This document shows, in pieces, positions 9,249-19,893 of a stretch of DNA of 64,000 bases. How positions within the stretch are numbered: the stretch's first letter is position 1; every line of letters starts with the position of its first letter. Both the position numbers and the translations under genes were made by a program. The notes beneath the pieces were generated by a model, which saw only the letters and a program-made list of their open reading frames with translations, did no database searches and was not told where the DNA came from. This stretch comes from Reichenbachiella sp. (GTDB lineage: Bacteria > Bacteroidota > Bacteroidia > Cytophagales > Cyclobacteriaceae), in contig NZ_JBDVOL010000017.1 of NCBI RefSeq assembly GCF_039969095.1, positions 94,039 through 158,038 of the forward strand. Reading direction: 5' to 3'.

Positions 9249-10367
9249 ATGACAATAGCCGTAACGGTCAATACTTCCTGGAACATCTATAATTTTAGAA
9301 TGGGCTTAATTCGCGCACTTTTGAAGCAAGGAAATAAAATCATAGCTATAGCTCCTCAAGATGACTATTCAAAAAATTTAGTAGAAGATGGGTGTCAATT
9401 TGTACCCATAGTTATGGACAATACAGGATCAAATCCATTCAAAGATTACTCATTGTACAGACAGCTAAAAAGAATTTACAAAGACCAAAAACCTGATATT
9501 GTCTTCCATTATACAGTAAAACCAAACATTTATGGAACATTGGCTGCATATGAACTAAAAATACCTGTAATAAATAATGTAAGCGGTCTAGGCACCGTAT
9601 TCCTTAACAAAGGCATCGCTTCTTTCGTAGCAAAGAAACTTTACCAAAAAGCCTTCTCACATGCCGAATTGGTGTTTTTCCAGAATTCAGATGACCATCA
9701 ATTGTTTCTGATGGAAATACCTCTACCAAATCTCCAAACTGATTTACTTCCAGGATCTGGAATTAATTTATCGGAATTCTCTGTTAGCCCAATCATAGGT
9801 GAAGAAAAAGTGTTTTTAATGATCGCAAGACTCATCAAAGACAAAGGAGTTTTAGAATATCTAGAAGCAGCTGAATTAACACTAAAAAAATATCCAAAAT
9901 CAAAATTCCAACTTTTAGGAAAATTAGACCCAAACCATGCCAGAGGAATTCCAGAAAGCATAATATCTGAAGCTCATAACAACAGTATTGTGAAATACTT
10001 AGGAGAAACAGACGACGTAAAACCTTATATAGAGAAAGCCACATGCGTGGTTTTGCCGTCCTATCGCGAAGGCACTCCACGCACCTTACTAGAAGCCGCT
10101 GCAATAGGTCGGCCAATAATAACTACTAATGTAGCTGGATGTAAGGAAGTAGTGTCAGAAGGAGAAACTGGTCTGTTGTGCGAAGAAAGAAACGCATTGG
10201 ACTTGTCTGAAAAAATAAACACAATTTGTGAAATGCCTCAGAAAGAGCTTTCTGTAATGGGTAAGAATGGAAGACAGCTTATAGAAAGTAAATTTGATGA
10301 GCAAATTGTTATCAATCAATATTTAAAACATCTTTCAAATATTATGAATCAATTACAGGCTGAATAA
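9249..10367 (+). CDS. Glycosyltransferase family 4 (GT-B, group 1)
   Basis: C-terminal EGTPRTLLEAAAIGRPIITTNVAGCKEVV...GETGLL is the GT4 E-x7-E region. It is the first gene of the polysaccharide export cluster. Confidence 0.8.
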   Translation: MTIAVTVNTSWNIYNFRMGLIRALLKQGNKIIAIAPQDDYSKNLVEDGCQFVPIVMDNTGSNPFKDYSLYRQLKRIYKDQKPDIVFHYTVKPNIYGTLAAYELKIPVINNVSGLGTVFLNKGIASFVAKKLYQKAFSHAELVFFQNSDDHQLFLMEIPLPNLQTDLLPGSGINLSEFSVSPIIGEEKVFLMIARLIKDKGVLEYLEAAELTLKKYPKSKFQLLGKLDPNHARGIPESIISEAHNNSIVKYLGETDDVKPYIEKATCVVLPSYREGTPRTLLEAAAIGRPIITTNVAGCKEVVSEGETGLLCEERNALDLSEKINTICEMPQKELSVMGKNGRQLIESKFDEQIVINQYLKHLSNIMNQLQAE

Positions 10368-10420
10368 ATTTGTTCTGTTTTATATTACGAATTGAATGGA
10401 TTTATCCAAAACAACACAGT

Positions 10421-11197
10421 GTGAAAAGGTTTAACGCTCTTATTTTTCCAATTGTCCTTCTCATTTTTCTCGTTAGCTGTAAAGCATACAAGCAAGATGT
10501 AATGCTTAAATTGGATGATGATTTTACTGAACAGGACTTAAATAAAGCCATAGAGATGGCCGAGAGGAATTATGTCATCCAAGTAGATGACATGCTGTCT
10601 TTAGATGTGTTTACTAATGATGGGGAAAGAATAGTAGACCCTAACAATGAACTTCAACAAAATATGCAGGGCATTCAAAATAGGCCTGACTTTGATTATT
10701 TGGTAAAAACTGATGGTACGATAAAATTTCCTATTGTAGGCCAAGTAAAAGTAGATAGCCTGACACTCGATCAAGCTGAACTCATGCTTCAAAAAAAGTT
10801 TGATGAATTCTACAAACAATCATTTGTGAAATTACAGTTTAATAACAAACGTGTAGTAGTGCTGGGAGCTGTGCCATCTGGTGGGCAAGTGGTTCCATTA
10901 GTCAATGAAAATGTCTCCCTGTTAGAAGTTCTTGCGCTTTCTGGAGGATTAGACATGGGGTCAAAAGCTCAAAATATAAAAGTCGTACGTGGCAATTTAT
11001 CGAGCCCAGAGGTATATCAAATAGATTTGTCCACAGTATCAGGCATGAAGCAATCCATGTTGGATATTGAGCCAGGGGATATTATTTATATTGAACCTTG
11101 GAGACAACCAATGATTGAGGCTACAAAAGATTTCGCGCCTATATTAAGCCTGATTAGTAGCACTTTAGCACTCGTTCTAGTATTACAAAATTTATAA
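10421..11197 (+). CDS. Polysaccharide export outer-membrane lipoprotein (Wza-like, Poly_export + SLBB)
   Basis: The track ORF starts at TTG 10370. The in-frame GTG at 10421 gives VKRFNALIFPIVLLIFLVSCKAYK, a lipoprotein signal with lipobox Cys. It is followed by DGTIKFPIVGQVKVDSLTLDQAE (Poly_export) and an SLBB-like segment. Confidence 0.75.
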   Translation: MKRFNALIFPIVLLIFLVSCKAYKQDVMLKLDDDFTEQDLNKAIEMAERNYVIQVDDMLSLDVFTNDGERIVDPNNELQQNMQGIQNRPDFDYLVKTDGTIKFPIVGQVKVDSLTLDQAELMLQKKFDEFYKQSFVKLQFNNKRVVVLGAVPSGGQVVPLVNENVSLLEVLALSGGLDMGSKAQNIKVVRGNLSSPEVYQIDLSTVSGMKQSMLDIEPGDIIYIEPWRQPMIEATKDFAPILSLISSTLALVLVLQNL

Positions 11198-11200
11198 TCA

Positions 11201-13531
11201 TTGAATCCTAGAAACGTACATATTCCACAAGATTTACATAATCAGCATTCTCCTGAAACCGAAGGTGCATTTGACAATTTTGATTTTGAAAAGTTTCGAC
11301 AAGTTTTTGTCTCCGGTTGGCCCTGGGTCCTCGGGATCATGATCTTGTCCATGAGTTTGTCCTTCCTATATATTAGATATACTAAACCCATTTACAGTGC
11401 TGAATCCATTCTAAAACTCGACATCAAAAACGACGCTAATTTATTGGGTCTTCAAAATCCACTTGAAAAGGATATAAAAGGAATTGCAGGCGAAATAGAA
11501 ATTCTGAGATCCAGACTATTTTTTAACAAAGTTGTAGATGCGGTTGGTATAAATGTATCTTATTTCCATCCAGGTAGAAGCCATCTAGTTGATGAACGGT
11601 ATGGTAATTCGCCTTTTGAAGTGAATTACGAACTAAAAAACTTAGGTCTCCTAGATCAACATTTTGATATTGAAATCTTAAATGATACTGAATTCAATAT
11701 TTCATGTGCTAAACTAGGAGGTTCAATTGGGGGAACGCAGCAATTTGGCATTCCCATAATCACAAAGGATTTCAATTTTACAGTTGAGAAAACCAGTTAC
11801 TTTCAAGCTCAAAAAGACCTAGTTGATTTTTATTTTATAATAAATAGCAAGGCATCCTTAATCAATTACCTTCAATCGCATGTGACTGTTGAACCAGTTA
11901 ATTTCAATGCCAACACCATCAAAATTTCCCTCGCTGACTTCAACCAATCAAAAGCCAGAAATTTACTTGAAGCTATCGATACTATATATTTAGAATTTAC
12001 CAAAGATGCCAAAAATCAAGCCGTCGAACAGAAAATCAAATTTCTCGAGACGCAAATGGAAAAGACATCGAAAGAGTTAGTAGAATATGAAGAATACTTT
12101 GAGAAGTTCACCATTAAAAATAGGACGACTGATCTATCTAGTGACCTTACCAAAACTATTGCCTTGCTAAACGAATTAGATTCTCAAAGATATAAGTTGC
12201 GTGAGCATTTGGCAGAAGTTGATCTGGTTGGTGAAAATTTTAGAAATGATCAACCTGTCAGTATTTTCAGAATGCCAGCACTTATTACCGAACTAGTCAA
12301 TAATTACAATAATTTGGTCAATGATCGAAATTTAAAACTCAATTCTTACAATGAAAATACACAAGTCATAAAGCGTATTGATCAGCAAATTGAAATCGCT
12401 AAAAACTCTGCCAACTCAAGGCTATTGGCTTACAAAAACAACTTGATTCAGGATTTAGAAGAGATAAACAAAAAGAGAAATTTACTTGAAAATAATTTTG
12501 TTGAATTACCTTCAATGGGAACTTCATACAATAAAAATAGAAGACTCTATGCCCTTCAAGAAGAGTTTTATTTTTCCCTCATTCAAAGTAAAATAGAATT
12601 AGAAATTGCTCGCGCAGGAACCGTCACCAACTTTGTGATTCTATCGCCGGCTTCAGTTTCTAATATTCCCATACACCCAAAAGGCTTTTTGATTTATGGA
12701 TTAGGGTTCGTGGCAGGGCTCATGTTGAGTATTATTTTCGTGGCCATTCAATTTTTGTTACATGATAAAATTACCAGTCAAAAAGAATTGGAGAAAATCA
12801 TGCACGCACCAATTCTGGGACTAATTCCCAACTACAAACAAGGAAAACTAGCAAACTCCAAGCTGATAGTAACCGACAACCCAAAGTCATCAATTAGTGA
12901 ATCCTTACGGTCTATTCGGACTAATATGGAATTTATGGCTACCACAGGAAAAAATCAGCTTATTTCTGTGACTTCAACCGTCAGTGGAGAAGGTAAAACA
13001 TTTATAGCAGTCAACTTGGGAGCTGTATTCGCTTATGCAGGTCAGAAAGTAGTGATTGTAGATTTGGATATGCGAAAACCTAAAGTACATATTGCATTTG
13101 AGTCTGAAAAAGTTCAAAAAGGAATGAGCACCATTCTAATAGGAAAAGAAAAAGTAGAGGATTGTATTCAAGAATCAGAATTGGAAAACTTGCATTTTAT
13201 TTCTGCAGGGCCTATGCCACCAAACCCTTCTGAACTGCTTCTCAGCCCTAGGTTTGATGAATTTTTAGATACTCTAAAAAAATCTTATGATGTGATCTTT
13301 TTAGATTCGCCGCCTGTAGGTCTAGTCACCGATGGCATTTTGGTGATGAAAAAATCCGACCTCCCGATTTACGTGGTAAGAGCGGATTATTCGAAGCGGT
13401 CTTATCTCAAGTCTGTCCATAGCCTCATTTCTAATAACAAATTTGAGCACTTGTCAGTAATACTGAATGGCGTAAAATCTGGCAAAGGATCTTACGGTTA
13501 TGGTTATGGGTATGGCTATTATGAAGATTAA
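11201..13531 (+). CDS. Polysaccharide co-polymerase / BY-tyrosine autokinase (Wzc/GumC-like)
   Basis: Two TM segments flank a long coiled-coil periplasmic domain. C-terminal kinase has Walker A SGEGKTF, Walker A-prime VVIVDLDMRKP and Walker B DVIFLDSPP. Tyr-rich tail is SYGYGYGYGYYED. The apparent start is TTG, 3 nt after the Wza-like stop. Confidence 0.85.
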   Translation: MNPRNVHIPQDLHNQHSPETEGAFDNFDFEKFRQVFVSGWPWVLGIMILSMSLSFLYIRYTKPIYSAESILKLDIKNDANLLGLQNPLEKDIKGIAGEIEILRSRLFFNKVVDAVGINVSYFHPGRSHLVDERYGNSPFEVNYELKNLGLLDQHFDIEILNDTEFNISCAKLGGSIGGTQQFGIPIITKDFNFTVEKTSYFQAQKDLVDFYFIINSKASLINYLQSHVTVEPVNFNANTIKISLADFNQSKARNLLEAIDTIYLEFTKDAKNQAVEQKIKFLETQMEKTSKELVEYEEYFEKFTIKNRTTDLSSDLTKTIALLNELDSQRYKLREHLAEVDLVGENFRNDQPVSIFRMPALITELVNNYNNLVNDRNLKLNSYNENTQVIKRIDQQIEIAKNSANSRLLAYKNNLIQDLEEINKKRNLLENNFVELPSMGTSYNKNRRLYALQEEFYFSLIQSKIELEIARAGTVTNFVILSPASVSNIPIHPKGFLIYGLGFVAGLMLSIIFVAIQFLLHDKITSQKELEKIMHAPILGLIPNYKQGKLANSKLIVTDNPKSSISESLRSIRTNMEFMATTGKNQLISVTSTVSGEGKTFIAVNLGAVFAYAGQKVVIVDLDMRKPKVHIAFESEKVQKGMSTILIGKEKVEDCIQESELENLHFISAGPMPPNPSELLLSPRFDEFLDTLKKSYDVIFLDSPPVGLVTDGILVMKKSDLPIYVVRADYSKRSYLKSVHSLISNNKFEHLSVILNGVKSGKGSYGYGYGYGYYED

Positions 13532-13543
13532 ACCCATATTGAT

Positions 13544-14260
13544 TTGTTCGATTGGATAAAACCGAAAACGAATTTCTTAGAGACTGACCTCCACTCTCAT
13601 CTCATCCCCAACATTGATGATGGTGTAAAATCATGGGAAGAATCACTTGATATTCTTGAAAAGTTGAGTGAAATGGGTTTCAAGAAAATTATCACCACTC
13701 CACACATTATTCATGACTATTATCCTAATCAACCTAGTGAAATAAGACAACAAGTCGACGAGCTCAATCGAAGGTTACTTGAAAAAGGATTACCAATTGC
13801 AGTTGAAGCTGGCGCGGAATATTTCGTTGATGAGTACTTTGCCAACCAGGTTAAAACCCAACAAGAGTTATTGACATTTGGCGATGATTATATCTTGATA
13901 GAAACCCCCTTTTTGAACAAGCCCATCTTCCTTGAGGAAGTAATTTTCAATCTACAATCCAAGGGATTAAAACCTATCCTGGCACATCCAGAGAGATACT
14001 CTTATTTACAAACAAATATTGAACTAGTGCAAAACCTAACCACAATAGGACTATTGATGCAAGTCAATATCAGCTCACTCATGGGTTACTATTCTAAAGA
14101 AGCTCAAAAGCTTGCAAAGTATTTAATAGAGACAAAAAACGTTCACTTTTTAGCCTCAGATATTCATAATCATAAGCACCTTACACAAGTTCAAAAAGCC
14201 ATAAAATCAAAATTATTCCAAAGGTGCAGGCAACTGAACCTACTTAATTTTTCATTGTAA
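13544..14260 (+). CDS. PHP-family protein-tyrosine phosphatase (CpsB/CapC type)
   Basis: N-terminal DLHSHLIPNIDDG, then TPH and AHPERY motifs. It sits directly after the BY-kinase. The apparent start is TTG. Confidence 0.8.
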   Translation: MFDWIKPKTNFLETDLHSHLIPNIDDGVKSWEESLDILEKLSEMGFKKIITTPHIIHDYYPNQPSEIRQQVDELNRRLLEKGLPIAVEAGAEYFVDEYFANQVKTQQELLTFGDDYILIETPFLNKPIFLEEVIFNLQSKGLKPILAHPERYSYLQTNIELVQNLTTIGLLMQVNISSLMGYYSKEAQKLAKYLIETKNVHFLASDIHNHKHLTQVQKAIKSKLFQRCRQLNLLNFSL

Positions 14261-14370
14261 TGGGGATGGCAAAACCGAGCTTTGAGATAATTTCCCCTCT
14301 GAGTCTTTAATTTGAAAATTAATCTATCTTTGCCAGTTCAAAATTTAGAATGCTGTTCGACAGATATACG

Positions 14371-15096
14371 ATGAAGAAAATTATTTTCGCACTTTTTGCT
14401 GGTTTACTGCTTGCAACAGGTCACTTTGCTAAAGCCCAACTAACAGAAGAAATAAAGAAAAAAACACCTGAACTTCCTGGTCAAATCATGATCGATTTTG
14501 GGTTTAATCTTTCAAAAGATAATCCTAGCAACATGGATTACAATTGGTGGAGATCCAAATCTGTTGGTCTCTATTTTGTAAAGTCGTTTGAATTTTCTAA
14601 AAAACTGGAGCTACGCCCAGGTATCGGAGTAAGTCTGGAAAAATTTGGTCACGTCGATAACATGGAAGTGTTTGCTTATGGTGAAGATGCAACAGGTGCT
14701 GATACACTTGGTTTTTCAACTGTTTTGGGTGGAGACCTGAAAAAGAACCAGCTTGCCGTAAACTACATAGAGGCTCCTGTTGAAGTTAGATTTAATCTCA
14801 ATGGCAATGAAAAGAAAGACGGTATGTTCTTAGCTATCGGGGGTTCTGCAGCTTACCGTTTTGAATCTCACACTAAAATCAAATACGAAGATGAGTTTGG
14901 CAATAAGATGAAAGCTAAAACGAAAAACGATTTTGGTCTTAACAAGATAAGATTAGGCGCTTATGCCCGACTAGGTTATAGGAGCTTCAGTGTATTCTAT
15001 AAAACTTACTTCACGGATGTGTTTTCTAGTAGTGGGCCTACTGGAACTGCCGATATGACTTACAGCACGATCGGCATTTCTCTAACTGGACTTTAA
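14371..15096 (+). CDS. Outer-membrane beta-barrel (porin-family) protein
   Basis: Signal peptide MKKIIFALFAGLLLATGHFAKAQ from the ATG at 14371 (track ORF starts at 14350). Alternating beta-strand pattern, ending in an aromatic-rich C-terminal strand. Confidence 0.6.
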   Translation: MKKIIFALFAGLLLATGHFAKAQLTEEIKKKTPELPGQIMIDFGFNLSKDNPSNMDYNWWRSKSVGLYFVKSFEFSKKLELRPGIGVSLEKFGHVDNMEVFAYGEDATGADTLGFSTVLGGDLKKNQLAVNYIEAPVEVRFNLNGNEKKDGMFLAIGGSAAYRFESHTKIKYEDEFGNKMKAKTKNDFGLNKIRLGAYARLGYRSFSVFYKTYFTDVFSSSGPTGTADMTYSTIGISLTGL

Positions 15097-15701
15097 ACAA
15101 ACAAATACAAAGTACCAAAGCAGACTGTAAAACCGATACACAAGCCAGCTAGCACCTCTTTTGGTGAGTGAGCATTGAGTTGGAGTCTCGCACTCATGAC
15201 CAGGCCGGCCAGGATTAAAAAGGTAAGTAATGGGTACAATGCCATACTGTTTGGAAATTTTATCCCAAATACCAGAAAAAATCCCACAACTCCGCTCACG
15301 CCTGCTGCGTGCATACTCACTTTAAACCAAAGTGTGATAATAGTCAGCACTAACACCAAAATTGTAGTTGAGATCAAAAGCAAAGCCATAATTTCATTGA
15401 CCTGAATTTTGATAACAAACAAATAAGTGGTTAATCCATAAAAGATGGAAACAAAAGAAAAAGGCATCACCCGCTCCTTTCTGTTTTCCAATTTGAAACT
15501 CGAAATAGATCCCGAAAATTTTAGCATGGAGATACTAAGCAGGGGTATTAAAAATGTAGTGATGAATAGGAAAGGTAAAGTAACAAATGTCAATGGTTTG
15601 ATCAATTCTGGCATTAGCCAAAATAGGATCAAAAATGTCATCGACGGCATGAGCAATGGATGGAACACATAAGAAATAATTGTATTAATTCTATTTTCCA
15701 C
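15093..15701 (-). CDS. Polytopic membrane protein, possibly a PAP2-like phosphatase
   Basis: Six TM segments. KVSMHAAG and SARLQLNAHSPKE resemble PAP2 motifs (SxH; R-x5-H-x3-D/E). The GTG start overlaps the rpoN TAG by 1 nt (TAGTG). Confidence 0.45.
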   Translation of the reverse strand: MENRINTIISYVFHPLLMPSMTFLILFWLMPELIKPLTFVTLPFLFITTFLIPLLSISMLKFSGSISSFKLENRKERVMPFSFVSIFYGLTTYLFVIKIQVNEIMALLLISTTILVLVLTIITLWFKVSMHAAGVSGVVGFFLVFGIKFPNSMALYPLLTFLILAGLVMSARLQLNAHSPKEVLAGLCIGFTVCFGTLYLFV

Positions 15702-17128
15702 TATAACTCTTTTCTCAATCTGGCCACGGGTAAATTTAATTGCTCCCGATACTTGGCTACTGTTCTACGGGCAATGTTGTAACCATCTGCCTTCAATAAT
15801 TTTTCAAGTTTGTCGTCCGACAACGGTTTGGACTTGTCTTCTTCTTCGATATGTTTCTTTAGTTTTTGCTTTACTTCACGACTACTTACATCCTCTCCGG
15901 AATCTGTAGCAATTCCCTCTGAGAAAAAATACTTCAATGGATAAATGCCAAATTCTGTTTGAATAGACTTGCTATTGGCTACGCGAGAAACTGTAGAAAT
16001 ATCCATATTGATGAGCTCCGCGATATCCTTCAATATCATTGGCTTTAGCTTGCTTTCATCACCCTCCAAAAAGAAATCATATTGATATTTGATAATCGCA
16101 TTCATGGTGTTCAACAAGGTGTTTTGCCGTTGACGAATAGCATCAATGAACCACTTCGCTGAATCGAGTTTTTGCTTCACAAAAGAGACTGTTTCTTTTA
16201 ATTTCTTGTCCTTTTTATCGCTTTTGTGGTAACTCTGAAACATATCCGCATAGGATCGACTAATTCTCAACTCTGGAGCGTTTCTGGCATTCAAAGTCAA
16301 ATCCAGCTTTCCCTCATCATTGGTAAGGATAAAGTCGGGCATCAGATACTGTGTCTTCACCAATCCATCCGTAATCCCACCAGGTTTGGGGTTAAGTTTG
16401 GTGATGAGCTGTACGGCTGACTTTAGTTGTTCATCATCAATGCTAAGTTTTTTCAGGATTTTGTCGTAATGCTTCTTTGTAAACTCATCAAAGCAGCTGG
16501 AAACAATTTTATGCGCCAGTTGGTTTTCTTCGGAATGGTCATCACGTTTTTCCAGTTGGATCAGCAAACATTCTTTTAAGTTTCTAGCTGCAATCCCAGG
16601 AGGGTCGAATGTCTGAATTTTATATAAAATTTCCTCAAGCTCTTCTTCCGTAGTTTCTATATTTTGAGAAAAGGCCAAATCGTTCATAATGGCCTCCAAA
16701 TCCCTACGGATATAGCCATCGGCTTCTATGCTTCCAAGTAGCTGGAGCCCTATCTGCGTCTGCCTTTCATCAAGCTTTTCAAATCCCAATTGAATGATGA
16801 GTTGCTCCTGCAAAGAGGACCCCGATGAGATGGGCATCTCCCGTTCCTCTTCCTGACCATTGCCATCGCCTTGCATTTTGTAGCCTGCATAATCATCCTC
16901 GTTCAGATAGTCATCAATGTCCAGTTCCTCACTAGTTTCTTCTGTGGATTCTTCCACCTGCTCGTCAGCTGGTTCTTCCTTTCCTTCTTCTAGTGCTGGA
17001 TTCATCTCCATTTCTTCTTTAATCCTCGCCTCCAGTTCGACAGTAGGCACTTGAAGCAGCTTGATAAACTGAATCTGCTGTGGGGACAGCTTCTGGCCTA
17101 AAGACTGAATTAAACTAAGATTTTGCAT
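15701..17128 (-). CDS. rpoN: RNA polymerase sigma-54 factor
   Basis: Gln-rich N-terminus (LSPQQIQFIKLLQ), an acidic region, a core-binding domain, an HTH, and the C-terminal RpoN box ARRTVAKYREQL. Confidence 0.95.
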   Translation of the reverse strand: MQNLSLIQSLGQKLSPQQIQFIKLLQVPTVELEARIKEEMEMNPALEEGKEEPADEQVEESTEETSEELDIDDYLNEDDYAGYKMQGDGNGQEEEREMPISSGSSLQEQLIIQLGFEKLDERQTQIGLQLLGSIEADGYIRRDLEAIMNDLAFSQNIETTEEELEEILYKIQTFDPPGIAARNLKECLLIQLEKRDDHSEENQLAHKIVSSCFDEFTKKHYDKILKKLSIDDEQLKSAVQLITKLNPKPGGITDGLVKTQYLMPDFILTNDEGKLDLTLNARNAPELRISRSYADMFQSYHKSDKKDKKLKETVSFVKQKLDSAKWFIDAIRQRQNTLLNTMNAIIKYQYDFFLEGDESKLKPMILKDIAELINMDISTVSRVANSKSIQTEFGIYPLKYFFSEGIATDSGEDVSSREVKQKLKKHIEEEDKSKPLSDDKLEKLLKADGYNIARRTVAKYREQLNLPVARLRKEL

Positions 17129-17264
17129 TCGCTACTTTTTTACACTAGTTGTAGAAAGTCAAATTTATTCTTTTTAACAAAAAGATACGCTGTCTTATTA
17201 TTAATTTGATTAACGGAATTTTATTAGCCTGTTATGTGTTTAGTCTTTGATAATAAATTTTTTT

Positions 17265-17999
17265 ATGAAAAACCTCCTTGTATTACTTCTTTTATCCTTA
17301 CCTCTCATCAATCAAGCCCAGCCTTCTCATCAAGCTTTTGATGTACTGCTAAAAAAATATGTTGACTCAACTGGCGGTGTCAATTACAAAGCCTTCAAAA
17401 ATGATGAGCAAAAACTCAACGATTATCTTGTAGACATGACGACCAATCCTCCCACAGGCGAGTGGGAGGACAATGAAAAATTGACGTATTGGATCAATGT
17501 TTACAATGCACTGACTATTCAATTGATTCTAAAATATTACCCAGTGGAGAGTATCAAAGACATCGGATCATCTATCCAGATTCCGTTCATAAATACACCT
17601 TGGGATATTGAATGTTTTGACATTGAAGATGGCAAGGAGCTTTCGCTCAACAACATCGAACATGGTATCATCCGTAAAGACTTCGAAGAACCACGCATCC
17701 ATTTTGCTCTGGTATGTGCAGCCGTCTCTTGTCCTAAATTGATGAATGAAGCATACGATGCTTCTCGATTAGATGCTCAACTCACAATTCAAACCAAGGA
17801 GTTTTTATCTAACACTACGAAAAACAAAATCAGCTCTGATCGACTCGAACTCTCCAAACTATTCAGCTGGTACGGCGGTGATTTTCGAAAAAATGGCACT
17901 TTAGTGGACTTTCTGAATCAATACACCACCGTCCAAATAGATGACAAAGCCAAAACTTCTTTTATGGATTATAACTGGAGCTTGAATGAACAAAAGTAA
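17265..17999 (+). CDS. DUF547 domain protein, secreted
   Basis: Signal peptide from the ATG at 17265 (track start TTG 17247). YWINVYNALTIQLIL and HFALVCAAVSCPKL are typical of DUF547. Confidence 0.7.
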   Translation: MKNLLVLLLLSLPLINQAQPSHQAFDVLLKKYVDSTGGVNYKAFKNDEQKLNDYLVDMTTNPPTGEWEDNEKLTYWINVYNALTIQLILKYYPVESIKDIGSSIQIPFINTPWDIECFDIEDGKELSLNNIEHGIIRKDFEEPRIHFALVCAAVSCPKLMNEAYDASRLDAQLTIQTKEFLSNTTKNKISSDRLELSKLFSWYGGDFRKNGTLVDFLNQYTTVQIDDKAKTSFMDYNWSLNEQK

Positions 18000-18081
18000 A
18001 AGAAGGAAGACTTAAAATTTTTATATATCGGATAAGTTAGAAGTTGTTATCTTAGTTTTAATCGACTTTTAGATATTCTTA

Positions 18082-19893
18082 ATGATAATTTTTCGGGCAC
18101 TCATTTTTTTCACCTTCACCGCACTAAATACTATCTGCTGGGCGCAGGACAAACATTTTATGGATAGTTTGAAGACTACTCTAAAAGAAGACCCTGACAA
18201 TCTTATAGCTCTCAATGATTTAGCATTTGAATATACTTACACAAATTTGGATAGTGCTAGGATTTTGTTGCTACATGCAATAGAAGTCAATAATGGAGAC
18301 AGCTTGCAACTAGGTATGTCAATGGAAACGCTGGCAATCGTTTATGGAATACAGGGAGATATAGCCTCTGCGATTTCGCACCATTCTAAAAGTATTGAAA
18401 TATTCGAACGAATCGAATCTCCTAGCTATCTCGCTTGGGCCTATAATGATCTAGGGGCTTTGTATTATCAGCAATACGATTATGACCAAGCGTTGACCTA
18501 CTTTTTGAAAGCAATGAACCTTAGGAAGGAAGTTCAAAATCCTGCAGAACTAGCTAAGTCGAAGATCAATATTGCTTTAATATTTAATAAAACTGAGCAA
18601 TACGACTCGGCACTTTCCTATCTCCAAAGCTCATTACAACCTTTTATCGATGAACCCGACCCATTAATGCAGAGTATTGTGTATTTAAATATGGGAAGTA
18701 CTTTCGTTTACCTATCTCAATTTGACAGTGCGGAATATTTTTATAAAAAAACTGAAATAATTCAAAAAAGAATAGAAGACCAAGAAGGTTTGGGCATTTT
18801 GTATCGAAAATATGGGGAATTGTATAGTCAGAAAAATGAACCCTTAAAAGCGCTAGAATATTATGATTTGAGTTTGAGTAATGTGCTAAATCGCGGGGAC
18901 ATGGGGCGTATCATAGAAACCAAACAGGCGCAGTATTTACTCTATGAGAAAATGGGGGACTACCAAAATGCCTATCAAATACAATCTGACTACCTAACCT
19001 TTCGAGATTCGCTGATCAATATTAAGAACAAGGAAATTATTAATGAATACAACACCAAATATGAAACTGAACAAAAAGTTCGGACCATAGCGGAATTAGA
19101 ACTAGAACAGAAAAATGCCGCTTTGGCACTCGCCAATTCTCAAAACCAAAGAAACATATTTATCTCAGGGGTTGCCATTTTAATGATCTTCATCGGATTT
19201 CTCTATCAACGATATTCAACCAAGAAGAAAACTTCTGAACTACTTACAGAAAAAAATTCTGAGATCACCAGCGCCTTAGAAGATCGAGAGGTTTTGCTCA
19301 AAGAAATCCATCACCGTGTCAAGAACAACTTACAAGTCATTTCAAGTTTGCTTAATCTGCAAGCTGGATCGTTGGATGACGATGCAGCTAAAGATGCGGT
19401 AAGAGAAGGGCAGAGCAGAGTTAAATCAATGGCGCTTATCCATCAAAAACTATACTCAGCTGATGATGTACGTGGAGTAGACATACAAGATTACTTAGTG
19501 AATTTATCTTCAGAGCTATTTCGTGCCTTTGGCGTAGATGAAGAAAAAGTGACTTGGAATATTGATGCTTCTGGCCTTAAAATGGACATTGACACTGTGA
19601 TTCCACTTGGCCTTATTATCAACGAGCTTATCACCAATTCCATTAAATATGCTTTTCAAGGCGCAGAAAATGGATTATTGGACATTTCACTGAAAGAAAT
19701 TAATGGAATCCTTAACGTATCAGTGATAGACAATGGCGTGGGTATGAACGAAGAGGCATTGAAAACCTCCAATTCTTTCGGGTGGAAAATGATCAAATCG
19801 CTATCGCGCAAATTGAAAGCCGAAATTGAAGTCAAAAATGAACAGGGGACAGCTGTGTATTTAACACTTTCTCGATATAAATTAGTCGAATGA
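18082..19893 (+). CDS. Sensor histidine kinase with extracytoplasmic TPR array (HisKA_2 + HATPase_c)
   Basis: Signal peptide, ~7 TPR-like repeats, a coiled coil, a TM segment (IFISGVAILMIFIGFLY), H-box EIHHRVKNNLQVISSLLNLQ, N-box ELITNSIKYAF and G1 box DNGVGM. Confidence 0.85.
   Translation: MIIFRALIFFTFTALNTICWAQDKHFMDSLKTTLKEDPDNLIALNDLAFEYTYTNLDSARILLLHAIEVNNGDSLQLGMSMETLAIVYGIQGDIASAISHHSKSIEIFERIESPSYLAWAYNDLGALYYQQYDYDQALTYFLKAMNLRKEVQNPAELAKSKINIALIFNKTEQYDSALSYLQSSLQPFIDEPDPLMQSIVYLNMGSTFVYLSQFDSAEYFYKKTEIIQKRIEDQEGLGILYRKYGELYSQKNEPLKALEYYDLSLSNVLNRGDMGRIIETKQAQYLLYEKMGDYQNAYQIQSDYLTFRDSLINIKNKEIINEYNTKYETEQKVRTIAELELEQKNAALALANSQNQRNIFISGVAILMIFIGFLYQRYSTKKKTSELLTEKNSEITSALEDREVLLKEIHHRVKNNLQVISSLLNLQAGSLDDDAAKDAVREGQSRVKSMALIHQKLYSADDVRGVDIQDYLVNLSSELFRAFGVDEEKVTWNIDASGLKMDIDTVIPLGLIINELITNSIKYAFQGAENGLLDISLKEINGILNVSVIDNGVGMNEEALKTSNSFGWKMIKSLSRKLKAEIEVKNEQGTAVYLTLSRYKLVE

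Noticed and set aside
13495-13525. GGTTATGG-type short tandem repeat
   Set aside because: It is not a non-coding repeat or a CRISPR-like element. It is in frame and encodes the Tyr-rich C-terminal tail of the BY-kinase.
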